This document shows positions 10,097 to 20,637 of a stretch of 64,000 nucleotides of DNA, piece after piece. How positions within the stretch are numbered: the first letter of the stretch is position 1; each line of letters begins with the position of its first letter. A model generated the notes under the pieces. It saw only the letters and a program-made list of their open reading frames with translations, was not told the origin of the DNA and ran no database searches. The DNA is taken from NCBI GenBank assembly GCA_965203475.1, contig OZ241890.1, forward strand, positions 2,203,502-2,267,501, given 5' to 3'. Made by a program: the position numbers and the translations under genes. Source of the stretch: Gammaproteobacteria bacterium. Its GTDB lineage: Bacteria > Pseudomonadota > Gammaproteobacteria > UBA4575.

Positions 10097-10897
10097 ATGG
10101 GAATATTGCAGGCATTTTTGCTTTCGTTAATTCAAGGCTTAACGGAATTTTTACCTATATCCAGCTCTGCGCATTTAGTGTTGCTACCCATAATAATGGA
10201 GTGGCAGGATCAAGGACTGGTGATCGATATCGCGGCTCATGTAGGCAGCTTGTTAGCGGTGATCCTGTATTTTCGTACGGATATACGACAACTAATTTCG
10301 GGTTGGTTGGCATCATTGTCTAATTCATCATCCACAGATGAGCATGGGCGTATTGCGTGGCTCATTATTTATGCTTCTCTCCCGATTATGTTCGTCGCAC
10401 TATTATTTCATGCGGTACTTTTGGAGCATGTACGAAATGCGGTAGTGATTGGCGTGGCTTCTATTGTGTTTGCTGTATTGTTATGGATCGCCGATCGCAA
10501 CGGCAAACAATATAAGGAAACCAAACATCTAACCATCATAGATTCGATTCTGATTGGTATTGGGCAAGCCTTTGCCATTATTCCTGGAGCTTCCAGATCA
10601 GGTGTGACTATCACCGCAGGCATGTGGTTGGGTTTGAGTAGAATCGAAGCTGCTAAGTTTTCTTTTCTATTAGCTATACCTACCATTTTAGTCGCGTCTG
10701 CTTACGGATTTTATTGTGCTTTCATGCAGCATGTGAATTTTGATTGGGGTGTGGTAATTTTTGTGGTGATCAGTTCTGCTATATTTGCCTACCTTTGTAT
10801 TCACTGGTTTTTAAAGCTTGTAAAAGATATTGGTATGTTGCCCTTTGTAATTTATAGGATCATTTTGGGTTTGGTGTTAATCGTTGCTTATTTGTAG
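10097..10897 (+). CDS. uppP: Undecaprenyl-diphosphate phosphatase (BacA)
   Basis: QGLTEFLPISSSAH and PGASRSGVT motifs. Confidence 0.95.
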   Translation: MGILQAFLLSLIQGLTEFLPISSSAHLVLLPIIMEWQDQGLVIDIAAHVGSLLAVILYFRTDIRQLISGWLASLSNSSSTDEHGRIAWLIIYASLPIMFVALLFHAVLLEHVRNAVVIGVASIVFAVLLWIADRNGKQYKETKHLTIIDSILIGIGQAFAIIPGASRSGVTITAGMWLGLSRIEAAKFSFLLAIPTILVASAYGFYCAFMQHVNFDWGVVIFVVISSAIFAYLCIHWFLKLVKDIGMLPFVIYRIILGLVLIVAYL

Positions 10898-12055
10898 TCA
10901 TATAGAGTCACGCTGCTGAAGTAAATTTTTTAACGTTGTAATCTGTAAATTTTTAATATTTTTCCCTGTCTCTTCATTATTATCTGTAATTAATTTATCC
11001 ACACCTATATTTTGTATTGCTTCATTTGCACAAATCAGCCATTTATTTTTATTGGCAAAGCTTTCATCATAGAAAGAACAATGGATGGCATCGATAATAA
11101 TTAAAAACTCTTTAAAGCGTTGCGGTTTTCTTCTGGCATCAATTTTTGTGAGTAATTCATACAACTCAAACTCATCTAACTTCAATGCATGATGACATTG
11201 ATGTTGTAAAGTAATCGTTAATTGTAATAACTCTTTACACTGACTTGTAAGAGGTAAACGTGTAGAAATAGCCTCGACTATCTGTGCCACATTTTTTTCT
11301 TCATGAAAAGCTAAGCCACCGATAAAACCAGAAAATTTAATGCAAACTGAATTGTTATGAGACTCAAGAGCAGCTAAGCTTGAAAAACCAAGTTTACGAT
11401 TTTCTTTTTTATTAATAAGAACATTCAATTCAGGGAATGTTTGGTGAATGGCACCAATTTGATATAGCACAGAAAAATATATATTGGGCGAATCGGTAAG
11501 CAGTGCTTTATAAGTTTCCAACCAAATGCGCTCCGCCGCGATTGTTGTAATCTCATTTCTTGCAGTAATCTCTTGCATGAGTTGTAAAGTAGAATTGTCT
11601 ATATGGAATCCTAATGCATGAAATTTTGCAGCGAACCGTGCAACCCTCAATACTCGCAATGGGTCTTCAGAAAATGCATTTGATACATGGCGCAAGCGTT
11701 TTTCTGCTAAGTCCGTTTGCCCACCATAGGGGTCGATGATCTCACCGGTATCATTTTTTGCCATGGCATTAATGGTTAAATCGCGACGTAATAAATCTTC
11801 TTCCAAGGTCACGTCGGGTGATGAGTGAAATTCAAAGCCATGATATCCAACACCAGTTTTCCGTTCTGTACGCGCCAAGGCATACTCTTCTTTAGTTTCA
11901 GGGTGCAAAAATACCGGAAAATCCTTACCCACAGGGGTAAAGCCTTGATGTAATAGTTGCTCAGCGGTGGCACCTACCACAAGCCAGTCGCGTTCCTCAA
12001 TGCTTTGGTTTAGGAGCTCATCCCGCACCGCTCCACCCACTAAAAATACTTGCAT
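10898..12055 (-). CDS. cca: tRNA CCA-adding enzyme
   Basis: LVGGAVRD, GKDFPVFLHP, EYALARTERK, DLLRRDLTINA and EDPLRVLR motifs. Confidence 0.93.
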   Translation of the reverse strand: MQVFLVGGAVRDELLNQSIEERDWLVVGATAEQLLHQGFTPVGKDFPVFLHPETKEEYALARTERKTGVGYHGFEFHSSPDVTLEEDLLRRDLTINAMAKNDTGEIIDPYGGQTDLAEKRLRHVSNAFSEDPLRVLRVARFAAKFHALGFHIDNSTLQLMQEITARNEITTIAAERIWLETYKALLTDSPNIYFSVLYQIGAIHQTFPELNVLINKKENRKLGFSSLAALESHNNSVCIKFSGFIGGLAFHEEKNVAQIVEAISTRLPLTSQCKELLQLTITLQHQCHHALKLDEFELYELLTKIDARRKPQRFKEFLIIIDAIHCSFYDESFANKNKWLICANEAIQNIGVDKLITDNNEETGKNIKNLQITTLKNLLQQRDSI

Positions 12056-12088
12056 GGCTCGTGATGGTAATTGTGGTAACGTAAAATC

Positions 12089-13138
12089 ATGAAGAAAAAA
12101 CTTTTTGTCTTGTTGCTTTTACTATTTTGTAAAGGATGTACAAGTATTGGATATTATCATCAATCGATTTCAGGGCATCTTTCGTTAATTTCTAAACGTG
12201 AAACTATAACGGATATCCTAAAGGATTCTTCTCGAGACGAAAATCTGCTTTCACAGTTGCGGCTATCACAAGAATTGCGAGATTTTGCTAGTCAAGAATT
12301 GTACTTACCAGACAACGATAGTTACCGCAGCTATGTGGATGTACAAAAACCTTATATCACCTGGAATGTATTTGCTGCACAAGAATTTTCAATACATTTG
12401 CAGCAATGGTGTTTTGTTGTTGTAGGTTGTGTGCAATACAGAGGTTACTACGATGAACTGGAGGCAAATACTTACGCCGCTGAGCTACAAGAGCAGGGCT
12501 TGGAAACGTATGTAGCAGGGGTGCCTGCGTATTCAACTTTAGGCTGGTTTGATGATCCGTTGTTGAGCACCATGCTAGATCGGGGGGAAGTAGTCACAGC
12601 TTCCTACATTTTTCATGAGCTTGCACATCAGCTATTTTATGTGAAAGACGATACGGCTTTTAATGAAGCTTTTGCAACTGCTGTTGAAGAATTAGGTGTA
12701 GAAAAATGGTTTGAGCAGCAAAGTCGTATACAAGAGTTAAATAAATATAAAAAATGGTTAACACAAAAAAGTATTTTTTCTGATTTTATTAAAACTGCGC
12801 GAAATGAATTTAAACAGCTTTATTCCACAGAGTTACCAGAAGCGGAAATGCGAAGCGCAAGAGAACAAAAAGTGCTTGAATTACGCGAACAGTTTGCTGA
12901 ACTAAGTACATCTAATAAGCAAATTTCACGTTATGCAAAATGGATGTCAGGCCCACTTAATAATGCGCAATTAGGTGCAATCTCATTGTATCGAGATCAA
13001 GTTCCTTACTTTCGAAGGATTTTTGACCTATGCAGGCAGGAATTTAATCGATTTTATGCATACGTAGAAACCATTTCAAAGTTACCGCAAGAAGAACGTA
13101 CACAAATCCTTCAATCTACCAACGAATGTAATACGTAA
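12089..13138 (+). CDS. Putative Zn-dependent aminopeptidase lipoprotein
   Basis: Lipoprotein-like signal ending KGC; AYSTLGWFDDP, HELAH (HExxH) and FNEAFA motifs. Confidence 0.8.
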   Translation: MKKKLFVLLLLLFCKGCTSIGYYHQSISGHLSLISKRETITDILKDSSRDENLLSQLRLSQELRDFASQELYLPDNDSYRSYVDVQKPYITWNVFAAQEFSIHLQQWCFVVVGCVQYRGYYDELEANTYAAELQEQGLETYVAGVPAYSTLGWFDDPLLSTMLDRGEVVTASYIFHELAHQLFYVKDDTAFNEAFATAVEELGVEKWFEQQSRIQELNKYKKWLTQKSIFSDFIKTARNEFKQLYSTELPEAEMRSAREQKVLELREQFAELSTSNKQISRYAKWMSGPLNNAQLGAISLYRDQVPYFRRIFDLCRQEFNRFYAYVETISKLPQEERTQILQSTNECNT

Positions 13139-14098
13139 TTAAGCACGTTTGGCTCGAATTTTTTTAAATCGAGTTTTTTTAAATTTAGTACTAGTTGGAT
13201 TTTGTAGTATAGAACTTAATGGCGTATTACAAGGTAATGAATCTTCACAGACACTGTCAGTTTGTAAAGAATTATAATTATCGATTGATAAAGGTTTGCC
13301 CGGCATGAATTCCAAAATTCGAGCCTGTAATTTTGATAGCCAATTCGGCAGTGCAAAAACGAACATTGTGTAATTTTTTGCTTGAGCAATTTGTTTTACT
13401 ATCTGCGCAAGACTGAATGTATGTGGCCCACATAGGTTTAATCTTTGGCCGTCGTAAATATTTCCTTCCGTCGCAATCACCATATGGCGAACGACATCGC
13501 CAACAGAAACGGGTGCAAATTTAGTTTTGCCACAGGCTAATGGAAAAATTAGTGGGACAAATTTTAAAATATTTGCAAAACGATTGATGAAAACATCATC
13601 TGTGCCAAATATAACTGACGGTCGAAAGCTAATTACTGCAAGATTATTTGTTGCAAAAGTATGCACATAATTTTCAGCTTCACCTTTGGTGCGTAAGTAA
13701 AAACTATTCGCATCGGGAGCGGCATTTAAAGCGCTCATATGTAGCAACTTTTGAATCTTGTGGTATAAACATGCATTGACTACTTTGCGTGCCAGTTCAA
13801 CATGTGCAACATGAAACCCTGTCCCACGATGTCCTTTTTCATTTAAAATTCCCACCAGGTTGATTACCACATCTTGGTCTTGGAACAACTTATCAAGCTG
13901 TGATTCATTATGAATATCGGATTCCACCACCTGTGCTGTTGGCAGTACTAGCAATTCTCGATTTTGTTCACGGCTGCGTGTCGGGATGGTTAATTGATGG
14001 CCATGCTGTGCCAGTTCGGCACATAGGTGACGACCCACGAATCCGGTGCCACCCAACACACAAATTTTTAAGCATCGATTCATGATTATTTCATCCAC
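13139..14098 (-). CDS. NDUFA9-like NAD-dependent epimerase/dehydratase (atypical SDR)
   Basis: GGTGFVG, VINLVGIL, YLRTKGEAE and RPSVIFG motifs. Confidence 0.88.
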   Translation of the reverse strand: MDEIIMNRCLKICVLGGTGFVGRHLCAELAQHGHQLTIPTRSREQNRELLVLPTAQVVESDIHNESQLDKLFQDQDVVINLVGILNEKGHRGTGFHVAHVELARKVVNACLYHKIQKLLHMSALNAAPDANSFYLRTKGEAENYVHTFATNNLAVISFRPSVIFGTDDVFINRFANILKFVPLIFPLACGKTKFAPVSVGDVVRHMVIATEGNIYDGQRLNLCGPHTFSLAQIVKQIAQAKNYTMFVFALPNWLSKLQARILEFMPGKPLSIDNYNSLQTDSVCEDSLPCNTPLSSILQNPTSTKFKKTRFKKIRAKRA

Positions 14099-14390
14099 CT
14101 GTTAAAGTCATCTATTGTAGTAGTCTCTAATGGCTAGGCTATTCAAGCATCCAAAATTTTCAAACCTGGATACTTTGGGCCAAAAAACACCCATTTTATA
14201 ATCCCAAAAGCGTAAAAATGCACTCTTATCGGCAATTCTTGCCTATTTTTTCAAGCGGACTTGTAATTGTGCTAAGAATGCATAAAAATAATACCTATTG
14301 CGCTTATCCGCATTTATCCTCATTGGTTTGCCACCTCCGGCAGTATTTTCTCGAATTACTTTTGTTTTTTAATTTTGGAGAAATTTTTAA

Positions 14391-14717
14391 GTGAGTGAGC
14401 ATATAAGTCATATTACAGATGATAATTTTGAAGAAGAGGTTCTTAATTCAGACAAGCCTGTGCTTGTGGACTATTGGGCAGAATGGTGTAGCCCATGCAA
14501 AATGATTGCACCCCTGTTAGTTGAAATTGCTAGCGAGTATCAGGAAAAACTAAAAATAACAAAACTTAACATTGATGATAATCCAAACACACCTCCTAAA
14601 TATGGAATTCGTGGTATTCCCACTTTAATGATTTTCAAAAATGGAAATGCCGAAGCCACAAAAGTTGGCGCATTATCTAAATCACAATTAACCGCATTTA
14701 TTGATCAAAGTATTTAA
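14391..14717 (+). CDS. trxA: Thioredoxin 1
   Basis: [14 protein letters not shown] and GIRGIPTL motifs; upstream of rho; GTG start with GGAG ribosome-binding site. Confidence 0.95.
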   Translation: MSEHISHITDDNFEEEVLNSDKPVLVDYWAEWCSPCKMIAPLLVEIASEYQEKLKITKLNIDDNPNTPPKYGIRGIPTLMIFKNGNAEATKVGALSKSQLTAFIDQSI

Positions 14718-14808
14718 TTCAAAATTATTAATAAAACCTATCAATTATCTACAACTACCATAAATTACTATATATAAAAAAATTAAATAAATAATTCTAA
14801 ATTTATAA

Positions 14809-14875
14809 ACGCCACCTAGTGGCGTAATGCTAAACATGTGCTCATCTTGCTTTGAGCATTTCAACTCCTTTTTTT
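14809..14875 (+). promoter_or_regulatory. Two hairpins in the trxA-rho leader (possible attenuator or terminator)
   Basis: ACGCCAC-cta-GTGGCGT (14809-14825) and TGCTCA-N8-TGAGCA (14839-14858), followed by a T-run; function is inferred. Confidence 0.4.
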
Positions 14876-14892
14876 AAAACAATTTTAATGTT

Positions 14893-16149
14893 ATGAATTT
14901 AACAGAACTTAAGAAAAAACCTGCCTCTGAATTAATTGATACTGCTGCTGATATGGGTATCGATAATCTGTCACGCTCACGCAAGCAAGACATTATTTTT
15001 TCAATCTTAAAGGCCCATGCTAAAAACGGAGAAGATATTTTCGGTGATGGTGTCCTGGAAATTTTGCAAGATGGATTTGGTTTCTTGCGATCTTCTGATT
15101 GTTCCTATTTGGCAGGTCCAGATGATATTTATGTATCGCCCAGTCAAATTCGAAGATTTGGCTTACGTACTGGAGATACAGTTTCTGGAAAAATTCGGCC
15201 ACCTAAAGATAGCGAGCGTTATTTTGCAATGCTTAAAGTGGATCAAATCAATTTTGATAAACCCGAAAATGCTAAACGAAAAATTTTATTTGAAAACCTG
15301 ACACCATTACATCCAGACGAACGTCTTAAACTGGAGCGCGGAAATGGGAGTACCGAAGATATAACGGCACGCATTATTGATATATGTGCACCTATTGGCA
15401 AAGGACAACGTGGCTTAATCGTTTCACCACCAAAAGCAGGTAAAACGTTAATGCTACAAAACATTGCACAGAGTATTACTTCAAACCAACCCGAATGCTT
15501 TTTAATAGTGTTACTCATAGATGAGCGACCAGAAGAAGTTACCGAAATGGAACGTATGGTACAGGGCGAAGTGGTTTCCAGTACTTTTGACGAGCCGGCG
15601 AGTCGCCATGTGCAGGTTGCGGAAATGGTGATTGAAAAAGCTAAGCGTCTGGTAGAACACAAACGTGATGTAGTTATTTTGCTAGATTCTATAACCCGAT
15701 TAGCACGTGCCTATAACACCGTGGTACCCGCATCCGGCAAAGTCTTAACCGGTGGTGTAGATGCCAACGCCTTACAACGTCCAAAAAGGTTTTTTGGTGC
15801 CGCCAGAAATGTAGAAGAAGGTGGCAGTCTTACCATTATAGCAACCGCACTAGTAGAAACAGGTTCTAAAATGGATGAAGTCATTTACGAAGAGTTTAAA
15901 GGTACCGGTAACATGGAAATTCATATGGATCGTCGCATTGCTGAGAAACGTGTGTTCCCTGCCATCAATATCAATCGATCCGGCACACGACGTGAAGAGC
16001 TGATTACTGATCAGGAAGAGTTAGCTAAAATTTGGGTGCTACGGAAATTCTTACACCCCATGGATGAAATTGAAGCTATGGACTTTATGCTAGGTCGTAT
16101 GCAAACCACTAAAACCAACGAAGAGTTTTTCGAGGCCATGAAACGATAA
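14893..16149 (+). CDS. rho: Transcription termination factor Rho
   Basis: [26 protein letters not shown] and [13 protein letters not shown] motifs. Confidence 0.99.
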   Translation: MNLTELKKKPASELIDTAADMGIDNLSRSRKQDIIFSILKAHAKNGEDIFGDGVLEILQDGFGFLRSSDCSYLAGPDDIYVSPSQIRRFGLRTGDTVSGKIRPPKDSERYFAMLKVDQINFDKPENAKRKILFENLTPLHPDERLKLERGNGSTEDITARIIDICAPIGKGQRGLIVSPPKAGKTLMLQNIAQSITSNQPECFLIVLLIDERPEEVTEMERMVQGEVVSSTFDEPASRHVQVAEMVIEKAKRLVEHKRDVVILLDSITRLARAYNTVVPASGKVLTGGVDANALQRPKRFFGAARNVEEGGSLTIIATALVETGSKMDEVIYEEFKGTGNMEIHMDRRIAEKRVFPAININRSGTRREELITDQEELAKIWVLRKFLHPMDEIEAMDFMLGRMQTTKTNEEFFEAMKR

Positions 16150-16208
16150 ATTCGCTTTAGCTTGTCTGAATATATTTAAATATTCGAACTAGCGTGCTGT
16201 TTACTGTT

Positions 16209-16428
16209 TCAGCACTGTAACTGTGTCAGTACTCGATATCTATATAGCAGTGTCATTAAATAACGTGCAAGATCTTTAGGATGTTCGTTGGCAGAAATTT
16301 CTCTATGTCAGCCTTTGTAATGGTTCAAAAAATCACGACTCAATTTTCTGTAATTTTAAATTTACGTAGTAACGTAATGATTTAGCACTTTTTGGAATTT
16401 CAAAAACAGCATACATAAGTAAACAATG
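16209..16428 (-). pseudogene. Probable degraded C-terminal fragment of a TetR-family (NemR/ComR-like) regulator
   Basis: Hand translation HCLLMYAVFEIPKSAKSLRYYVNLKLQKIES*FFEPLQR, then a frame change to EISANEHPKDLARYLMTLLYRYRVL. Resembles the TetR C-domain pattern GCLL..E....GEI....P..LARYL......RV. Internal stops; no HTH found. Confidence 0.45.
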
Positions 16429-16517
16429 TGTATTTTAGACCGATCAGTCTAACTATTTTAAAAATTAATATAATAGAAACTTTTTTATTGTTGATAACAA
16501 AAATTATAAATCAGTTT

Positions 16518-17795
16518 TTATTTTAAAATAGCTTTGTTGCCAATATCCGATCGATAAAACATTCCCGTCCAAGAAATTGTTTCTACAAGCTTATATGCAT
16601 TACTTTGTGCATCTTGAATAGTGTCACCTAAAGCAGTAGCACAAAGTACACGCCCACCATTGGTTACAACAGTTTCATTTTCCAGTTTGGTTCCAGCATG
16701 AAATACTTTATTTGCATGGTTTTGTACAGTGTTTAAACCATGTATTGTTTTGCCTTTTGCATAAACGTTGGGATAACCTTCGGCTGCCAATACAACACCT
16801 AAAGCCGATTGTTCATCCCAGTTTGCTTGTTGTTGATGTAATGTTCTATTCAGTGCTGACATGCACAATTCTGTTAGGTCAGACTGTAAACGCATCATGA
16901 TGGGTTGAGTTTCAGGGTCGCCAAAGCGGCAATTGAATTCCAATACATGAGGATTGTTATTGGCATCAATCATTAAACCCGCATAGAGAAAGCCTACATA
17001 AGGTGTACCCTGTTGATGAAATCCATTAACAGTAGCTTGCATAATTTCCTGCATAACGCGTTCATGTAGAGCATCATCCACCAGTGGTGCAGGCGAATAG
17101 GCGCCCATGCCTCCAGTGTTTGGTCCTAGGTCACCATCATCTCGTGCTTTATGATCTTGTGAAGTGGCTAGGGGTAAAACATGCTCACCATCAACCATAC
17201 AAATAAAGCTTGCTTCTTCACCCTGTATAAATTCTTCCACTACAATTTGTTTGCCGGCCTGACCAAAGCTCTCGCCACTTAACATTTGTTGGGCACATTG
17301 AATGGCCTCTGCATGAGATTGAGCAATGATCACGCCTTTGCCTGCCGCCAAGCCATCCGCCTTGATTACGATGGGTACGGGTTTAGATTCTATATAGGCT
17401 TTTGCAGCTTCAACGTCTGAAAATAGCGCATAATCCCCTGTGGGAATTCCATGTGTTTGCATGAATTGCTTAGCGAATGCTTTAGAGCCTTCTAATTTGG
17501 CCGTTGCAGCAGTTGGGCCAAATATTTTTAAATTTTGTTTTTGAAACTCATCAACGATACCTGCTACCAGTGGAGCTTCCGGGCCCACGACGGTTAAATC
17601 AATGTTTTCATTTTTTGCAAAGTTAACTAATGCAGCAATGTCTTCAGCGTCGATATGAATATTCTGCGTTTTAGCTTCATGCGCTGTGCCTGCATTTCCT
17701 GGTGCAACAAATATGTTGGTAGCTAAGGTTGATTGGCTGAATTTCCATGCTAGGGCATGCTCTCTTCCCCCTCCCCCGATAACAAGTATTTTCAT
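16518..17795 (-). CDS. purD: Phosphoribosylamine-glycine ligase
   Basis: GGGGREHAL, KADGLAAGKGV, GPNTGGMGAYSP and EFNCRFGDPETQ motifs. Confidence 0.98.
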   Translation of the reverse strand: MKILVIGGGGREHALAWKFSQSTLATNIFVAPGNAGTAHEAKTQNIHIDAEDIAALVNFAKNENIDLTVVGPEAPLVAGIVDEFQKQNLKIFGPTAATAKLEGSKAFAKQFMQTHGIPTGDYALFSDVEAAKAYIESKPVPIVIKADGLAAGKGVIIAQSHAEAIQCAQQMLSGESFGQAGKQIVVEEFIQGEEASFICMVDGEHVLPLATSQDHKARDDGDLGPNTGGMGAYSPAPLVDDALHERVMQEIMQATVNGFHQQGTPYVGFLYAGLMIDANNNPHVLEFNCRFGDPETQPIMMRLQSDLTELCMSALNRTLHQQQANWDEQSALGVVLAAEGYPNVYAKGKTIHGLNTVQNHANKVFHAGTKLENETVVTNGGRVLCATALGDTIQDAQSNAYKLVETISWTGMFYRSDIGNKAILK

Positions 17796-17799
17796 CTTT

Positions 17800-18705
17800 T
17801 TATTTATAGTTTGTTAATACAAAAGCTAAAGTTATTGGCAAACTGATTATCGCGAATAGATTACCTAGCAATACGATTGATGCAACGGATTTGGGTTGTT
17901 GATTAAATCGTTCTGCAAATAAAAAATTCATCACAGCGGGCGGTAATGTACCAAACAATAATAAAGAACCCGCCTGAATTGGTGAAAATGTAATCGAAAA
18001 TAGTATTGATGATTGAATAATAAAAAATGCAATACTGAATCCTACCAGGGGCGTTAATACAGCAAATAAAATTCCGATTTTCCATTCACGCATATCTATT
18101 TTCACCAAACGTACACCAAGTGAAAATAGCATAAGCGGAATTGCAATTTGTCCTAACATGCTGATAGGCAACATTATCATTGGTGCAATACTGATTTGCA
18201 TGCTATTTATGATTAAGGCCAATGCCGCGGCCCACAAAACCGCTTGTTTGGATAACACCGACCACCAATTTTCTCGACTTAATAAAACACTGCCCAAGCC
18301 GTAGTGTGTGACATTCCCAATTAAGAACAACACCAAGCCCGTTACCAGGCCAGCTTTACCGAATGCCAAGTTCATTAAGGGAATGCCTACATTGCCAGCG
18401 TTGTGAAACATCATGGGAGGGGCAATGGTTCGAAACGCATAGTTTGAATTTTTTGCAATGATCCAAGCTACCAATCCAGCGAGTAACACCACAATCAACC
18501 CTGCGACAGCTAATGAAACATGTTCAGATAAATTGAACGATGTGTCACTTAATGAAGAAAAAACTAAGGCTGGAACGAATACATCCAAATTCAGTCGATT
18601 GGCAGTGTCTAAATTTAAATTTTGTATTCGTCCAATGGCAGTTCCCAATGCAACGATTGCAATAATGGGAAACATAATGCTAGTAATTTGAAAGATAAGT
18701 GCCAT
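17800..18705 (-). CDS. AEC (auxin efflux carrier) family transporter
   Basis: About 10 TM helices; VPALVF, NAGNVGIPL and IPLMLFSLG motifs. Confidence 0.85.
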   Translation of the reverse strand: MALIFQITSIMFPIIAIVALGTAIGRIQNLNLDTANRLNLDVFVPALVFSSLSDTSFNLSEHVSLAVAGLIVVLLAGLVAWIIAKNSNYAFRTIAPPMMFHNAGNVGIPLMNLAFGKAGLVTGLVLFLIGNVTHYGLGSVLLSRENWWSVLSKQAVLWAAALALIINSMQISIAPMIMLPISMLGQIAIPLMLFSLGVRLVKIDMREWKIGILFAVLTPLVGFSIAFFIIQSSILFSITFSPIQAGSLLLFGTLPPAVMNFLFAERFNQQPKSVASIVLLGNLFAIISLPITLAFVLTNYK

Positions 18706-18749
18706 GTTGAATTTAAAATTGGATTATTAACGAATCCAATAACAAAATG

Positions 18750-20324
18750 TTAGTGGCGGAAGTGTCGCATCCCAGTAAAGGCCATTGCCATATCATACTC
18801 ATTAACCGCAGCGATGACTTCTTTGTCATTCATGGAACCACCTGGTTGAATAATGGCGGATATTCCCTGTTCATGTGCGATATCAATACTATCTCGAAAC
18901 GGGAAAAATGCATCCGAGGCCATGATTGAATCTTTAACTTGTAGATTTTCATCCTGCGCTTTGATGGCGGCAATTTTTGCAGAATATACGCGACTCATTT
19001 GTCCGGCACCTACACCGATCGTTTGTTGATTTCGCACATATACGATGGCATTCGATTTAACAAACTTAACAACTTTCCAGGCAAACAATAAGTCATCAAT
19101 TTGATTATCAGTTGGCACACGCTTGGATACGATTTCAATGTCCTCTTTATTAATTACCCCTAAGTCTCGATCTTGAATTAATAACCCACCGACGACTCGT
19201 TTGTAGTCGAAGGAGGCAATAGCCCCATCCCAGTTACCACATTCAAGTAAGCGGATATTTTTTTTGTTGCTAGCAATTTGTTTTGCAGCATCGCTTACAG
19301 AAGGCGCTATCAATACCTCAACAAATTGCCTCTCAATGATTGTTTGAGTCGTTTGTTCATCAAGTTCTTGATTAAATGCAATGATGCCACCAAAGGCTGA
19401 AGTTGGATCTGTTTGATATGCAAGTTCGTAGGCTTGCAAAATGTTTTCACCGCATGCAACACCACAGGGGTTTGCGTGTTTCACTATGGCGCAGGCGGGT
19501 CTTGCAAATTGTCTAACACATTCAAGCGCGGCATCTGTATCTGCGACATTGTTATACGAAAGTTCTTTTCCTTGAATTATTTTTGAAGTTGCAACACTTG
19601 GCTCAAGTGCGCCTTCTTCTACATAAAAAGCACCACGCTGATGGGGATTTTCTCCATAGCGCAACACTTGTTTTTGCATAAGCTGCAAGTTGAATGTACG
19701 CGGAAAATGATCATCACTTCCAGGCAGCTGCTTACCCAAATAGTTTGCAATCATGCCGTCATACTGCGCTGTATGCTCAAATGTTTTTACCGCGAGATCA
19801 AAGCGCAAAGCCGTAGATACACCACCATCATTGGACGCTAGTTCATGAATAATGTTCTGATAATCAGAAGGGTCAACCACTACGGCAACAAAATTATGAT
19901 TTTTAGCTGCAGCTCGTAGCATGGCAGGACCACCGATATCGATATTTTCAATGGCCCTATCTAGTGCGCAATTTGGTTTTGCAACCGTTGCAGCAAATGG
20001 ATATAGATTAATCACGACTAAATCAATCGGTGCAATACCATGTTCTTGCATAATCTCTGTATCGATATCACGTCTTCCTAAAATTCCTCCATGAATTTTT
20101 GGATGTAACGTTTTAACACGTCCATCCATCATTTCTGGAAAACCTGTAAAGTCGGATACTTCAGTGACTTTAAGATTGTTTTCAGACAGTAGTTTTGCAG
20201 TACCTCCAGTAGACAAAAGTTCGATGTTTAATTTTTGTAGCGCACGAGCAAACTCAACAATGCCCGTTTTATCGGACACGCTGAGTATTGCGCGTTGGAT
20301 TTTTTGCGTAGTGGTACTAGTCAA
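18750..20324 (-). CDS. purH: Bifunctional AICAR transformylase / IMP cyclohydrolase
   Basis: [35 protein letters not shown] and SDAFFPF motifs. Confidence 0.98.
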   Translation of the reverse strand: MTSTTTQKIQRAILSVSDKTGIVEFARALQKLNIELLSTGGTAKLLSENNLKVTEVSDFTGFPEMMDGRVKTLHPKIHGGILGRRDIDTEIMQEHGIAPIDLVVINLYPFAATVAKPNCALDRAIENIDIGGPAMLRAAAKNHNFVAVVVDPSDYQNIIHELASNDGGVSTALRFDLAVKTFEHTAQYDGMIANYLGKQLPGSDDHFPRTFNLQLMQKQVLRYGENPHQRGAFYVEEGALEPSVATSKIIQGKELSYNNVADTDAALECVRQFARPACAIVKHANPCGVACGENILQAYELAYQTDPTSAFGGIIAFNQELDEQTTQTIIERQFVEVLIAPSVSDAAKQIASNKKNIRLLECGNWDGAIASFDYKRVVGGLLIQDRDLGVINKEDIEIVSKRVPTDNQIDDLLFAWKVVKFVKSNAIVYVRNQQTIGVGAGQMSRVYSAKIAAIKAQDENLQVKDSIMASDAFFPFRDSIDIAHEQGISAIIQPGGSMNDKEVIAAVNEYDMAMAFTGMRHFRH

Positions 20325-20355
20325 TGAAACTAGTCAAGAATAAAACACTTAAAGC

Positions 20356-20637
20356 TTAGTTGAGTCCGTAAATTTTGAGTTTTTTGCGCAAAGTACCTCG
20401 ATTAAGACCCAAATATCTTGCCGCTTTAGTTTGATTACCGTTGCAGTATTGCATTACGCTTTCAAGTAGAGGTCGCTCTACCTCTTCTACAAACATTTTG
20501 TGTAAGTCTTCAGGTTCATGTCCGCTTAATTGGTTCAAGTATAAGCGAATTGAATGTTTAACAGTGTCTCTGAGGGGTTGCTTGCGACGTTCACGGTGTA
20601 AGTTCGTCACTTGTGCAGTAGAAAAGGATGCATTCAT
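20356..20637 (-). CDS. fis: DNA-binding protein Fis
   Basis: GNQTKAARYLGLNRGTLRKKL helix-turn-helix; downstream of dusB. Confidence 0.93.
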   Translation of the reverse strand: MNASFSTAQVTNLHRERRKQPLRDTVKHSIRLYLNQLSGHEPEDLHKMFVEEVERPLLESVMQYCNGNQTKAARYLGLNRGTLRKKLKIYGLN

